Origin: Chiloscyllium plagiosum
Taxonomy: Eukaryota
Reading direction: 5' to 3'
Length of the DNA: 63,823 nt
Assembly: GCF_004010195.1 (NCBI RefSeq)
Contig: NC_057753.1
Location: forward strand, 535,776 to 599,598
Shown: positions 1 through 12,829 of the stretch, in pieces
Position numbering within the stretch: position 1 is the first letter of the stretch
Layout: every line of letters begins with the position of its first letter
Translations under genes and position numbers: made by a program
The notes under the pieces: model-generated
The model's database searches: none
The model's input: the letters and a program-made list of their open reading frames with translations, nothing else
Told to the model about the DNA's origin: nothing

Positions 1-759
1 CTAATTCAGGATCTTTTATGCTTCAAACAAGTCAGCCCTTCCGCTTTTAAATACAAACAAATAAAAACCTAGCCTGTCCAAGTTTTCATGATGAGTTATT
101 GCGTTCATTCCAGGTATTCTTCTGGTAAGCCTCCTCTGAATTGATACTAGCACATCGACACCCGTCCTTAAGTCAGATAGAATTTGAATTTGCATTTCTT
201 TGTTCTTTATGTATGTTCATTCATTTATTTGAAATTGTTGACGCTGTATGGACCAGAACTTATTGTCTATCCCTGATTGCCCCTTGAGAAAATGGCGGCG
301 ATCTGGCTTCTTGAACCTTTGCAGCCAATGTGCTGTCCAGAGATGCACAAACATTCAGACAGGACTTCTAGGAATTTGACCTAGTAATGTGACAGTGTTC
401 TGAATTTGCTCTCAGCAATGCACTGTATAACTAAAGAACAACTTCTCTTCTCTTGAATTCAATTCCTTCACGACAAATTCTTTTCAATTTCGTCATTGGT
501 TGCCATATCTGCATGCTAACCTTTTGTGATGCATGCTCTAGGGCAGATGGATTCTGTTGCATCTCCAAGCCCTGCAATCTCTCACCATTTGGGTTATATT
601 CTTCTATATATTTCTCCTTGACTAATGGATAATCTCACATTTTCCAACATGTATTGCATTTGCCACACCTTTTTCCATTCACCAAATCCATCCATGTCTC
701 ACTTAGCTTTGTTAAACTCCCTTCACAATTTGCAGTGGAACCCAAACCATTTTGGCGAC

Positions 760-930
760 AGTACACATTCGTCAAAAGTGCCCAAGAAAGTTTCCTAAAT
801 CAATATGTAGAAGGGCCTACTCGAGACAGTACAACACTGGACCTCCTCTCAGGAAAAGAGGTCGGCTGAATGACTGAAGTGCCAGTCGGAGAGCACTTTG
901 GTTCCAGTGACAATAACACTCTTAACATAG
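760..930 (+). mobile_element. CR1-type LINE ORF2 endonuclease fragment
   Basis: FLNQYVEGPTRDSTTLDLL...VGEHFGSSDNN, typical C-terminal part of the CR1 APE domain. Confidence 0.85.
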
Positions 931-1530
931 TTAAAAAAATCACAGAACACCAGGTTATAATTCAACAGGTTTATTTGGAAGTGCTAGCTTTCAGAGAGCT
1001 GCTCCTTCATCAGGTAACTAGTGGGCAGGAGCATAAGACACAGAATTTATAGCAAAAGATTACAGTGTCATACAACTGAAATAAATTAGTGAACAAACCT
1101 AGATTGATATTAAGTCTTTCATCTTTTCGAATGGGTTGCAGGTTTCGGTTCATTAATATGTAAATCTCAGAACTTCTTTTAAGTCACATTTTTGGAAAAC
1201 AAGTTTTTTTTTAAAAAAGTGACTCGTCAGGTCAGACAATATATTAAAGATGTGAGGTTAGAGCCTGTCTGCATCCCAATCTTGAATCAGACCGGTTCTA
1301 TTTCCAAAGTAGGAATTGATAAAATGCCACATGGATTGACTGCTGCATTGATTTCCTGCAGGTTGTGTGCTTTTTGAGCAAAAATAGAATGTTATCCGTA
1401 AATACAGTTCTGCAAATGTAAATTCACCACATAAGCTTCCGCAAATACAGTTCTGCAAATGCAAGATTGGGATACAGACAGACTCAAACCTCTCACGTTT
1501 AATACATTGCCTGAGCTGATTAATGCCCTG
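930..1530 (-). mobile_element. Penelope-derived non-autonomous element with hammerhead core, inserted in CR1
   Basis: Shares the AATCACAxAACACCAGGTTATA...TTTGGAAG..CTAGCTTTC...CCTTCATCAGG end with copies at ~10250, 29760 and 60900; internal ~35-bp inverted repeat (1251-1285 vs 1461-1496). Confidence 0.6.
983..1016 (-). ncRNA. Minimal type I hammerhead ribozyme-like motif
   Basis: Minus strand reads CUGAUGA-A-GGAG CAGCU CUCU-GAAA-GC-UA: both catalytic boxes intact, stem II present, palindromic AGCU in place of stem III; stem I weak. Confidence 0.55.
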
Positions 1531-3042
1531 AGCCTGATCAAGTCCATCCTCGGGCATCGTAAGAGGCAAGGGAAGAAATTGCCAAGGCCTTTGCAGAGAT
1601 TTTTGATTCATCATTAGCCACTGGTGAAGTTCTGGAAATCTGGAGAGTGGTTAATGCTCTTGCATTGTTTAAGAAAGGAGACAAGCCAGGGAATTACAGG
1701 TCAGTGAGCCTGCCATCAGTGGTAGGCAAATTGTTGGAGACACTACTGAGGGACAAGATCAATCAACATTTGGATAGTCCAGGTCTGTTTAGGGATAGTC
1801 AGCATGGATTTGCACGTGACCATTCATGTCTGGCATACCTTTTAGAGTTTTTTGCAGAGTAACCAAGAGGATAGATGAGGGTAGCACAGTGGCTGTTCTC
1901 TATATGGGCTTTCATAAAGTCTTTGACAAGGTCCTGCACAGCAGGCTAGTCATGAAAGTTAGGTCGCATGGGATCCAGGGAGAGCTAGCTAATTGGATTC
2001 AAAAATTGGCTTAATGGTAGGAAACAAAGAGTGATTGTTGAAGGTTTTTTCTCAGACTGGAGGCCTGTGACCAGTTGTGTGCCACAAGAATCGGCGCTGG
2101 GATATATGTTATTTGTTATTAACATAAATGACATGAATGTACAGGGCATGATCAGTAAGTTTGCAGATGTTGCACAAATAGGAGGTGTCATTCAGATGGA
2201 GAAGTGGACTGTTAATTGGCAAATGCAATTCAATCTAGACAAGTATGAGTGTAGCAATTTGGAAAGTGAAACCAAAGTAGGTCTTATACAGCACACGGTA
2301 ATGTCCCGAGGAGTTTTGTGGAACAGAGGGACCTAGGAGTACCAGTACATAGTTCATTGAACCCAGCATCACAGGTAGACAGTGTGGTGAAGAAGGCGTT
2401 TAGCATGTTGGCCTCCATCTGTCGAGGTACTGAGTATAGGAGTTGGGACATTGTTACAGTTGGATAAGTCACTGGTGAGCCCGTGCATGGAGTGTTGTGT
2501 ACAGGTTTGTTAACCCTGTCATATAAAAGACGTAGTTAAACTGGAAATAGTGCAAAGACGATGTTTGAGGATGATACCAGGACTAGTAGGCCTGAGCTAT
2601 AGGCAGAAGTTGCCATGATAGGATTTTATTGCTTGGAACGTAAGAGAATGAGGGGTTACCTTATTGAGGTGTATACAATCATGAGGGACATAGATAGGAT
2701 GAATGCAGATAGTCGTTTTTCCCAGGGACGGGGAATTGAAAACTAGAGGGCATAGTTTTAAGGTCAGAAGAGAAAGGTTTAAGAAGGACATGAGGGGCAA
2801 CGTCTTCACGCAGAGTGCTGTGTATATGGAAAGGGTTGCCAGAGAGAGTGGCTTAGACAGATACAATTGCAACAGTTAAAAAAAAAACGTTTAAATAGGT
2901 ATATGGTTGGGAAGGGCTTGGAGAGATATGGACTAAATGCGGGCAAATAGAATGAGCTGAATGGGCACCACAGTCAGCATGAACCTGTCTGGGCCAACGG
3001 GCCTGTTGCTATCCTATGTTATTCTATGGTTCTATGGTTCTA
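1530..3042 (+). mobile_element. CR1-type LINE, RT domain to 3' end (decayed)
   Basis: KKGDKPGNYRSVSL, QHGF, VPQES, KFAD motifs with frameshifts; (TTCTATGG)n tail at ~3020-3042. Confidence 0.92.
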
Positions 3043-4099
3043 CTGAAGACATTTTCTTTGGAATTTCCACTACCCTCGTTGAGCTTCTCCAGTGCAGTAG
3101 CAACGCTAACACCCAAAAACGTGGAAAAAAATGCCCACGTACGTCCTTTCCAAAAAAAAAGGGCAGAACCAACTCACCCAATTGCCAAATGGTCAGTCTA
3201 CTGTTCACTGATGTATGACGCCATCAATAGCGCTATCCAGACGCACCTGCTGATCACACTAAATTGCTCACTGGTGCTCAGTTTACATTTAGCTCGGATC
3301 ATTCGTCTGCTGGCTTCATCACAGCCCTGCTTTACTTACTCACTGATTCCACCTGCTGAAACCAATAAATTCACACGAGGGACAGGTTGTTGACCTGTTT
3401 TGTGCTTGTGAATAATTTTCCTCATTCGTTCCACTTTTTAAGACTTCGTTTAACTTTCATTTTTCTTAAGTTTAGCCTTCATCGCAAAAATAGTGTGAGT
3501 GACACAAATACATATAATTTTTAACCAAGGACACCAACACCACACACAGTACTCGAACTGTGCTCTCATCAAGGCCGTGTATGACGCATAATTAGTTTTG
3601 CACTTTTATTGTGCAACGGTAGGACACATGTTGCCACTTGCCGTGCTAAGCGCTTGCAACACCAGCATGCTAACGTTTTGTGGTTCCTGTATCAGAGCTC
3701 TCAGATTCCACCGTACCTCTGAATTTTACAATCTTCCTTTAAAAATTAAATAGTGAAATGATGCCCGTTAAGGTTCCCAGCAGAGAAGTCAGATCCCAGA
3801 TTTTCAGACAAATATATTATTGTCACAGTATTTCATGAACTACAAACATACAAAGCAGCAGATTTGGCCTCATTGCTAAAACAGGAATTTATTGTATAAA
3901 CGCATGAAAGAAAAACAAACAAACTAAGCTATCCAAAACATAGCATAGTAAATTTCTATCTGCCTCCAAACACTGTACAATTAATCCAAATACAGGTACA
4001 GAACAAAATCCCTTCCCTATCAATTCTGTGGGTTGAATTAAACAGTCATTTTCCGGTTCTCATCCTGCGAACTGCGAAACCCTTTTCTTTAACTCACAC

Positions 4100-4740
4100 A
4101 ACTGTCGTTGAGTGAGCCCTTCAGCCCCCAAAGGTTGCTCCATCATTCCATTTTATCATGACTGATCATTCAGCACAACAACTTTACCCCATTTTCTTCA
4201 TACCGTTTGATCCATTTAACCTTAAGAGCCATATCTAACTCCTCGAAAACATTAAATATTTTCGCTTCAATTGTTTACTGTGACAGAGAATTCTGCTGGC
4301 TCACCAGTCTCGAGAGAAATAAATTTCTCCTCATCTCAGCCTCAAGTGGCCTTCCCCGCGTACTTCGACTGTGATTTCCCATTCTGGGCACTCCTGTCAC
4401 CGGGAAGATCCTTCTTGCATTTCCCTGTCTAGTCCTATTGGAATTGCATTGATTTCAGCGTGAACCCCTCTGATTTTTCTCCCTCAAATATCGTCCTAGG
4501 CAATCCAGTGTCTCTTCATACATGAGTCGTCCATTCCAGGAATTGGTCTGGGAAACAGTCAATGCATTCCATTCATGCAAGAGCGCCCTTCTTCAGGTAA
4601 GGAGACGAAAATGCACTCAATACTGCTGGAGTAGAGTCACCAAGGCCCTCCAACTGCAGTGAAACATCTCTGCTCCTGTACTAGAATTCTCTTGTTAGAA
4701 GGACCAACATACCATTTGTCAGCTTCACTGTTTGTTGTAG
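4100..4740 (-). mobile_element. Old CR1 3' fragment
   Basis: Reverse-complement similarity to the CR1 3' regions elsewhere in the window. Confidence 0.6.
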
Positions 4741-5174
4741 TGATTCTCGCTTTCTCTCGACAATTTGTCTTCTCAGTGTTATTGTTCTTTTGTCTTGCAC
4801 GTCAGCTGAATGCCTGAAGTGTCATTAACGTCATGAATACACACAGGATTCCTCAACAGTGCGGAATGTACATTTTCATTCCATGGTGAAAAGCTGGTGA
4901 CACTTAGCGACTGACGAATTATGTGACTCCATTTGCTCACTGTGTGACATTTCATCCACAAAATCTTCCTTTGCAACATTCTGGAAAACGAATTTAAATC
5001 AGAAATGAGAGCGGGCTGAGAAAACACAAAGGCAGCTTGTGAAATTGATTAACATGTATATGCTAAGTCGGAAAAGGCAAGCACAAAAGCTGATGCATTT
5101 CCAGAAAGTCACAGTTATTCAATAATATCCATGAGGGAAGGTAATTGGTTTGATCTTCCACTTGAATGTTAGAT

Positions 5175-5450
5175 GTGCAGAAGAAAGAGAAAGGGAGAGA
5201 GGTAGGGAATAAGTGTGAGAGAGGGAAAAAGAATGTGGGAGACGGGGAGAATGAGGGGCATGAGACAGAGAGAGAAGGTGGTGGAAGGAGAGCGAAAGGG
5301 AGAAAGGAAGCAATGAGAAATGGGAAGATGATGAAGAGAGAAAGAGAGAGAAATGAAAGGAGAGACATCAAAGAGGGAGAAGGGGAGAAGGGATGAGCTT
5401 GAGCCACACACAGAGAGAAACAGAAAGAAATGAGAGTCTGTAAGCGTGGA

Positions 5451-5483
<33 letters not shown>

Positions 5484-5520
5484 AAGGGAGAGAAATAAAC
5501 AGTGAAATGAGATGAGAGCG
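5175..5520. repeat. GA-rich low-complexity tract with (GA)n microsatellite
   Basis: Purine-rich strand; (GA)n at ~5451-5482. Confidence 0.9.
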
Positions 5521-5879
5521 AAGAAGATGGGTTTCATAACTTTGGAATTCAATCGGAGCTTCTGTAAAATCTCTCAAACGTCTATGCACTGGAAATGAAA
5601 GGCAGCAAATACGCATGAGTGCAATCATTTCCAATTTTGCTTTCAAGTTATTGAGCATTGCGCCTTGCAATAAATACTCTCTGGTCCTTCTTTTGCTGAG
5701 CCACAGCCCTTGAATGTAGGATGTTGCTGAATGAAATTGTCGAAGTACCTCCACCAGATGCCGTCCAAGAAGAAGATGATCTCCCTTAATTGTTCCATCA
5801 ACGACTGCCCGGAGATGAACGATAGCCTTTCTATTAAAGCTGCCCGGGAGATCGTGAGGAATAGAGACGCTGAAGAGTC

Positions 5880-5978
5880 AGAACGATAAGTGTGCCGCTG
5901 GAAAAGCACAGCAGGTCAGGCAGCATCCAAAGAGCAGGAGATCTGAAATTTTGGGCATAATCCCTTCATTAGGAATGT
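5880..5978 (-). mobile_element. Penelope-type terminal repeat fragment with degenerate hammerhead
   Basis: GCTGGAAAAGCACAGCAGGTCAGGCAGCATCC...; minus strand reads CUAAUGA-AGGG AUUAUG CCC-AAAAUUUC; homologous to 15756-15934. Confidence 0.65.
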
Positions 5979-7315
5979 CAAGATCACACCCTTAGAATTA
6001 AAAGCCTTCACTGTATTATTTCAAATACAAACTACCACTTTATGTTGTTTGGATAGTGCCTGTTTATCAAGTTATTTTCCCCTGAAACTAACAATGTTGG
6101 GAATGCTTGGCAGCTTCTGTTGCGAGTAAATGAGCTCAGGTTTAAGGATTTCATGGTTTGTTAAAGTTAACATGACACAAAACGGCAGTAGGGGTCTTTC
6201 ACACAATCATATTCAAGCATTTTCAAATGTCATTTATTAATATTAACTCAAACGTTTGACACCACTGCCAGTTTTGCGCAGAATCTGAAACCCCGAAACT
6301 TCACTTTCAGTTAGGAATCGATCACACTTTTACACGAATCTCGGATTGGAAACCCAATTCCAGAATTTCCCATTGTCCAGTTGTAAAGGAACAAACACTG
6401 AAAAAAATGCAGGAAGTCAACAGGTCTGACCCATCCTAGAGTTCTGCAGAAGGGGCATACTGGATTTGAAGTGTTATCTCTGCTTCTGTGTCCTAAGATG
6501 CTGTCAGTTAACATTTCCAGTCTAGTAATCTTTTATTAAAGATAAACGTGGTTGTTTTAATGCTGCGAACTGACACTACATGAACGAGACTGCAACTGAC
6601 TACCTGCAACTGGGAACATTACCAATTGGAAATTCTAATTCAAACCACTCACCATTCCGACTTGGAAATGTGTTGCTATTTCTTCAATATTGCAGAGTCA
6701 ATATCCTGGTGTTCTCTCCCTAATGGCATTACATATCTACCGTCAACACATTGACTGCATGATTCAAGATGGTAGTTCATTTTCCCCCCTCTCCATTATG
6801 GACTGGAAATGACCATCTCAAAAGAGTTCAAGAAGGTAACCTAGACCTTAACATTTTATGTTAAAGGCAGAGGTGAAGTGACTATTCCAGGTGTGATTCA
6901 GCTGGTCATACAACTTCGCTTTAAGTAAATCAATATTTTCTTTAAAACTATAGTTGAAACACAAACAAAAGAAAGCAGAATTTAGAATAACTTGTTGGAA
7001 AATCCAACACAGCAACTTAAGTAAGAAACTTCTCCAATCAAGCAACAGCCCATAAACACACCCGTTGGCAAAAGGGAAATTCAAACACAGGTTCTTACCA
7101 GTTGGAGAGAACAACCTCCAGAGATTTCAGAGAGGTGCGTCAACTTGAAATCATCTCCTGAAGTTTGGAGCCCTGTTACACTCCAACTGCTTCTGTCTGT
7201 TACTGTGAAACCGAAGTTCAAAAAGCTTGAACGTGGAGAACTGTTAACTCCCTTGCCATTGCTCAACTAAGCTTTTCCGAAACATTTTGGTACCTCTGTC
7301 TTTACGAAATCTTTC

Positions 7316-8157
7316 AAAAGAAAACAAGGACAAAATAATCTTTTTAAAGAGACATCATTGTCACACCTCCACCTTCTCAAGGAGCAACGAGGATGGGCAC
7401 TAAGCACTGGATCCAGATAGCGATGTCAAATTCCCATATAGCGAAGTGCTCCCCCCAGTATTGTAAACACATGAGCATTGTCAAAATCAGCAATAACATT
7501 TGAGGTAAACACTGAGTACTGCACTCTTCAACTTCTTCCTTTCCGAAAAAAACAAGACTAGTCACTGCAATTACAATTTTGTTTGGAAATTAACGCATGC
7601 CTTTCTGCCAGTACCCCTATCCTGTGAACAATTGAAAAGAAAAGCCAGGAATTTGCTTGCAGTGAAATCCTACTTATGAAGACAAAAGTTCAATTTTCCA
7701 AGAACGGTGCAACTTGTAGATAGGTTTTTGAGTGCAAAAAAGAAAACAAGGACAAAATAATCTTTTTAAAGAGACATCATTGTCACACCTCCACCTTCTC
7801 AAGGAGCAACGAGGATGGGCACTAAGCACTGGATCCAGATAGCGATGTCAAATTCCCATATAGCGAAGTGCTCCCCCCAGTATTGTAAACACAGGAGCAT
7901 TGTCAAAATCAGCAATAACATTTGAGGTAAACACTGAGTACTGAACTCTCCAACTTCTTCCTTTCCGAAAAAAAAAGACTAGTCACTGCAACTATAATTT
8001 TGTTTGGAAATTAACGCATGCCTTTCTGCCAGTACCCCTATCCTGTGAACGATTGAAAAGAAAAGCCAGGAACTTGCTTGCAGTGAAATCCTTCTATGAA
8101 GACAAAGGTTCCATTTTCCATGAACGGTGCAACTTGTAGATAGGTTTTTGAGTGCAA
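7316..8157. repeat. ~421-bp tandem duplication (7316-7737 / 7738-8157)
   Basis: Two near-identical adjacent copies with scattered substitutions and small indels. Confidence 0.95.
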
Positions 8158-8600
8158 GGAATGAGGAGCAGGCCATAAAGACAATTAATTTTCTCAGTTA
8201 AGATTTGCAAAATGGTGCTCAACCACTGAATGTGTTAACTCATTGCCTTCCCCAGTGTGCAGTGAAGGCCGGGCCATTGCATATTTTTTGCATTAAAAAG
8301 GAAATCATGATTTGGGAGAGCAGTCTGCAATTGGAGTTAGGCTGGAATCAAATGAGCCGTCGTCTTATCACATGGCAGAACAGGTTCAAAGGAGCAAGTA
8401 GCCTACCGCTGCTCCTATTTCTTATTGCCTTACTTGGGATTACACAAATCCAGTCAGTTTTATAGTAAGGTTACAGGCATGGCGGGTGAAGGTATTACTG
8501 TTGATTATGTGTACAAGGCAAAACAGGAAGAATCACTGCCTAGGTGTCTACACATAATTGAAGGTCACAAAATTAAATATGCAGCTCGAAATGGTTGCAA

Positions 8601-8681
8601 AATCCCGAAGAACATACGAAGGAGAAGGTTGCGCTGATTAATCCCGAAGAACATACGAAGGAGAAGGTTGCGCTGATTAAT
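8601..8681. repeat. Perfect 39-bp tandem duplication
   Basis: AATCCCGAAGAACATACGAAGGAGAAGGTTGCGCTGATT x2. Confidence 0.95.
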
Positions 8682-9849
8682 TGGTTCATTAAAAAAAGAT
8701 GGTGGAGAAAAGATTCTTTTTCACTCAGTTTCCAGGGTTCTTGCTCAATTTGATATAAATGTGCTGATTTGGCTGTATCAATAGAGGGCGCAGTTTATAG
8801 ACAGGCCCAGCTGTCGTCTCATTTTCGATTGTCAGCTGGAAGGACTAAAATTATTTTCATTCATTCAAGAGACAGTGAGAGTCAGTAAGTACGCAAGCAT
8901 TTTATTGCCCACTCCGAGCTGAGATGGTGTCAATGATACGCAGCAGTCTCTGATCTTGCAGAGACAACCACAGTGCTGTTGAGAAGGTCTGACAAAGACT
9001 GTACCCTTCAGGAATGAGCAACACTGCTGGAGCTGCGATATAACTCCAAGTCAAGACGGTGAGGGGCTTGGAAATACATTGAATTTATATGTGTTCCCAT
9101 ACATCTGCTGCCCCATCCTTCTCAATTGTAGAGGTCATTTGTAAACCATATATTGTAACAGGTCTTAATGAGAACAAAGGACACAACATATTACAGTAAG
9201 GTACGGGTTTGGTTACCTCGGTTGGCTGAGTGTTTAGTTTCTGATGCAGAGGACAATAGCGTTGGTTGAATTCCCTTGGTAAATTTGCATTTACTGTCAG
9301 GGAGGATGCAATCGAGAATCTGGTGGTCTGAACGAAAAAAAAGGGGACTGAAAGGAAAGGCATTTGACATATCGAAGTCATACAACCAAGACAGGATGTA
9401 TGCTATTGAGAATAAGGGACGTGAGGTGAGGTTTATGGAAATTCTGACCACAGTGTTCCAAGTCTAATGTTTTGAAGGACCTCACAGCAGGAATGGAGGA
9501 TTGTAAATGTGAGCCTCTTATTTAGGATCGTGGAAGGGGCGTGCAGCAAACACCCAAATGCCAGTAACATCAATTGGAAGCGTGGTCACAGTCAAAGTAA
9601 AGAACACTTGTACAGAATATGGGTAAAAACCAACATTTTTTGTTGACTTGGTACCGACCGGGATCTGAATTTCCATTGGCATTTGACATTTTGCAAGGGC
9701 GGAAACCTCGCAAAATGGGTTGGAATAGACCATCAGCAGTAAACCGTATTATGGTTTCATAATTCTATCCATAACCCTATTGCTTTATTAATACAAGATT
9801 TATTTTGTCCTGTTAAAAACACGGAGGACACCAATCATTTAGAGACATG

Positions 9850-12310
9850 CAGTCATAGAGTCATGCAACATGGAAACTGCCCCCTTCAGCCCAACTGGTA
9901 CATGCCATCAAGGGTTCCTAAACTGAACTTTCCCATTTTCCTGCGATTTGTCCATATCTCTATAAACCTTGGCAATCCATGTACCCGTCCAAATTCCGTT
10001 TACATGTTAGAACTGTACCTGCATCTACCACTTTCTCTGGCAGCTCATTCTATCTATGCATCACCCTCTGTGTGGAAAAGTTGCCCCTCAAGTCACTTTT
10101 AAATTTTTTTTCCTCCCACTCTAAACTTCTGCCCTCTTGTTTTGGACTGCTGTACAGTGGGGAAAAAAAGACCTTGGCGGTTCACCCTTTAAATGCCACT
10201 AATGATTTTATGATATGGAGGTACTGGTGTTGGAGTAGGGTGGACATGTTCAGAAGTCACACAACACAAAGTTACAGTCCAACGGGATTATTTGAAATCA
10301 AAAGCTTTCAAAGTGCTGCCCTTTCATCACGTGAAGTGATGAAGAGGTAGTGCTCTGGAAGGTTGTGATGACAAATAGACCTATTTAACTACAACTGGAA
10401 GTCATGTGACTTTTGACTATGACTTTATGACTTTATGACTCGTAAGCTCCAGGGAATAACAGTCCGAGTTTATTGAGTGTCTCCTCATAACTCAAACCCT
10501 CCTACCTTTGGGAAAATCCTTATAAATCTTTTTTGCACCGTACCATTTTAATGACATCTGTCTTGTCGGCCGACCGGAATTGTACACAGTACTCCAAATG
10601 TGGTCTCACCAATTATGTTAACATCCATAACATGAAATCCCAAACTCCTGTAATCAATGCTCTGACAGATGAAGGCAAGTGTGACAAATGGCCTTTTTCA
10701 CCAACCAGTCTACCTGTGACACCACTTTCAATGAACTGTGCATCTGCGCCCTGAGACATGTCAACATGCCCTTGGGTTCTTCCATTAAGTCCTGCTCTGG
10801 TTTGTCTTAAGAAAATGCAACACTTTGCATTTAAATAATTTAAACTCCATCTGCCATTCTTCGCACCATTGGCTCAGTTCTCCTCGTATGGAACCTTCTT
10901 GACTTTGTATTTAATTGGGAGTTGTTCACACACTCATGAACGATGCCTTAGATTTTCTCAACTAAAACGTTTACTTAACTGATGAATAACAGTGAAACAA
11001 ACACCAATACATGAGGCACACCACTGGTCACAACCTCCAGTCTGAACCACAACCTCTATCACCACCCTCTGTCTATGAGCATAAAGCCAAATTTTCCAAT
11101 TCGCTAGCTCTTCCCATTTGTTCTCATGGTATTATCCAGTCTGCCATGCGAAACCTTGTTAAAGGCCTTGCCAATGTCCATGTGCACAATGTCTGCCATT
11201 CTGTCTTAATCTACCGTCTTGGTCACCCCTCCAATGATCTCAGTCAAATTAGTGAGACACGATCTCCCACGTGCAAAGTCATGTTGAGTGTCCCTCATTA
11301 ATCCTTGCCGTTCCAAATGCACAAGGATCTTTTCTCTCAGAATCCCCTCTCATAACTTGTCCACCACTGACGTCAGGCTTACTGTTATATAGTTCCCAGG
11401 CTTTTCTTTACAGTCTTTCTTAAACAATGACACAATACTTGAACCCTTCAGCCTTTTAGCAGTTCACCCGGGGTTGTCCATGTCACAGATATTTCTGCCA
11501 GAGGCCGCAATTAAATTTCTAGAGTCCCACACCTAAGCATGTCCCAGGGATTCGTCTACTTTTATGCATTTTAAGGCCTTCAGTATCTCCTTGTCAGTGA
11601 TGTGGACTCTTCTCAAGAGATGAATATTGATGTTGCTGAGTTGCTCGCTTCCATGTCTTCCTGCGTTCTGCCACAAAATATTCGTTTGGGACCTCGCCCA
11701 TCTCCTGTCGTTTCACACATGTATGTGACCCTTTCTTTAAGGGGCCCTATTCTCTCCCTAGTTACGTTTTCGCCCTTAATATACATGTAAAATCATTTTG
11801 GATTCTCCTTAATCTAAACTGCCAAAACTATCTCCTATCTCCTTTATGCTGTACTCGTTTTCCTCTTAAGTGTGCCCTTATACCCCCTTTACTCTCAAAG
11901 GATTCACTGATCTCCGATGTTCATAACTGAAATATGCCTCTTGCTTTTTCTTGACCAGAGCGTTAACATCTCTCCTCAGTCAGCGTTCCCTACTCCTGTC
12001 AGCTGTGCCCTTCACTCTCACAGGAACATGTTGTCTCTGAACTCTTGTTATGTCCCTTTTGAAAGCTTCCAATTTGCCAGATGTCCTTTTGCTTGCGAAG
12101 AGCTACACCCAATCAACTGTTGACAGTTTCTATGTAATAACATCAAAATTGGCCTTACCCTGATTTGGAATTAAACTTGTGTATTAGTTGTATCATTTTC
12201 CATTACTATTTTAGGGGAATAGAATTATAGTCACTGGTCCAAAGGTTCTCATCCACTTGCCTGACTTATTTCCCAAGAAGTGGTCGACATTTGCCTCTTC
12301 TCTGTACATC
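9850..12310 (-). mobile_element. CR1-type LINE (decayed, ~2.4 kb) with nested PLE-derived palindrome
   Basis: Starts with the (AGTCATAG)n reverse 3' tail and continues as the reverse complement of CR1 RT/endonuclease sequence. Confidence 0.85.
10215..10420. mobile_element. Head-to-head pair of Penelope-derived termini (imperfect palindrome)
   Basis: Left arm 10251-10330 is an inverted copy of right arm 10338-10417; each carries a degenerate GUGAUGA...GAAAGCU-type core. Confidence 0.7.
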
Positions 12311-12829
12311 CACCTACATATTGATTAAGAAAACATTCTCCCTTGGAAAGGAAGCGTTGCTGCACCCATATCAGTGACATGAGAGGATGAATAATAATCC
12401 ATACGAACTACTCCATTGACACATTTGTGGTTGAACAGAATTATAGACCCATGCAACATATCGACAGGCTAATCTGCCAGTTGTACATGTGTGCTGGCTA
12501 CCTTAAAAGAGACATCGAATTTGTAGCACTTTAAATCACTTTCACATTGATTATTTTATTTGCAAAGTACCCATTCTCTTGCTTTTTCATGGTCATCGGT
12601 GTATCTGTTGCCAATACGTTTAGGCAAATATCGACTCTGCCCAGACAATTTGCTATTTCAAACCAGAGCTAATCGTTTTTCTGTTGTCCCTTGTTTTAAA
12701 GCAATTATCTTACATTCATGCTTAGCTACTGACAGCACTGACAGAGAAAATGCTTTATTCCTATAACCAACCTATAATCTTTAATCCATCAATTAAATAG
12801 TCTCTGCAACTACAGAAATACGGCAATAG

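Noticed and set aside
5063-5552. Several ORFs of 60-130 aa on both strands
   Set aside because: Products of the GA-rich microsatellite; low complexity, no domain.
5560-5870. Coding-looking unique stretch (e.g. MPSKKKMISLNC... on +, WWRYFDNFIQQHP on -)
   Set aside because: No recognisable family, no convincing splice sites, stops nearby; cannot support without a database search.
7723-8151. GGTTTTTGA nonamer-like motif at the end of each duplicated unit
   Set aside because: No heptamer at 12 or 23 bp.
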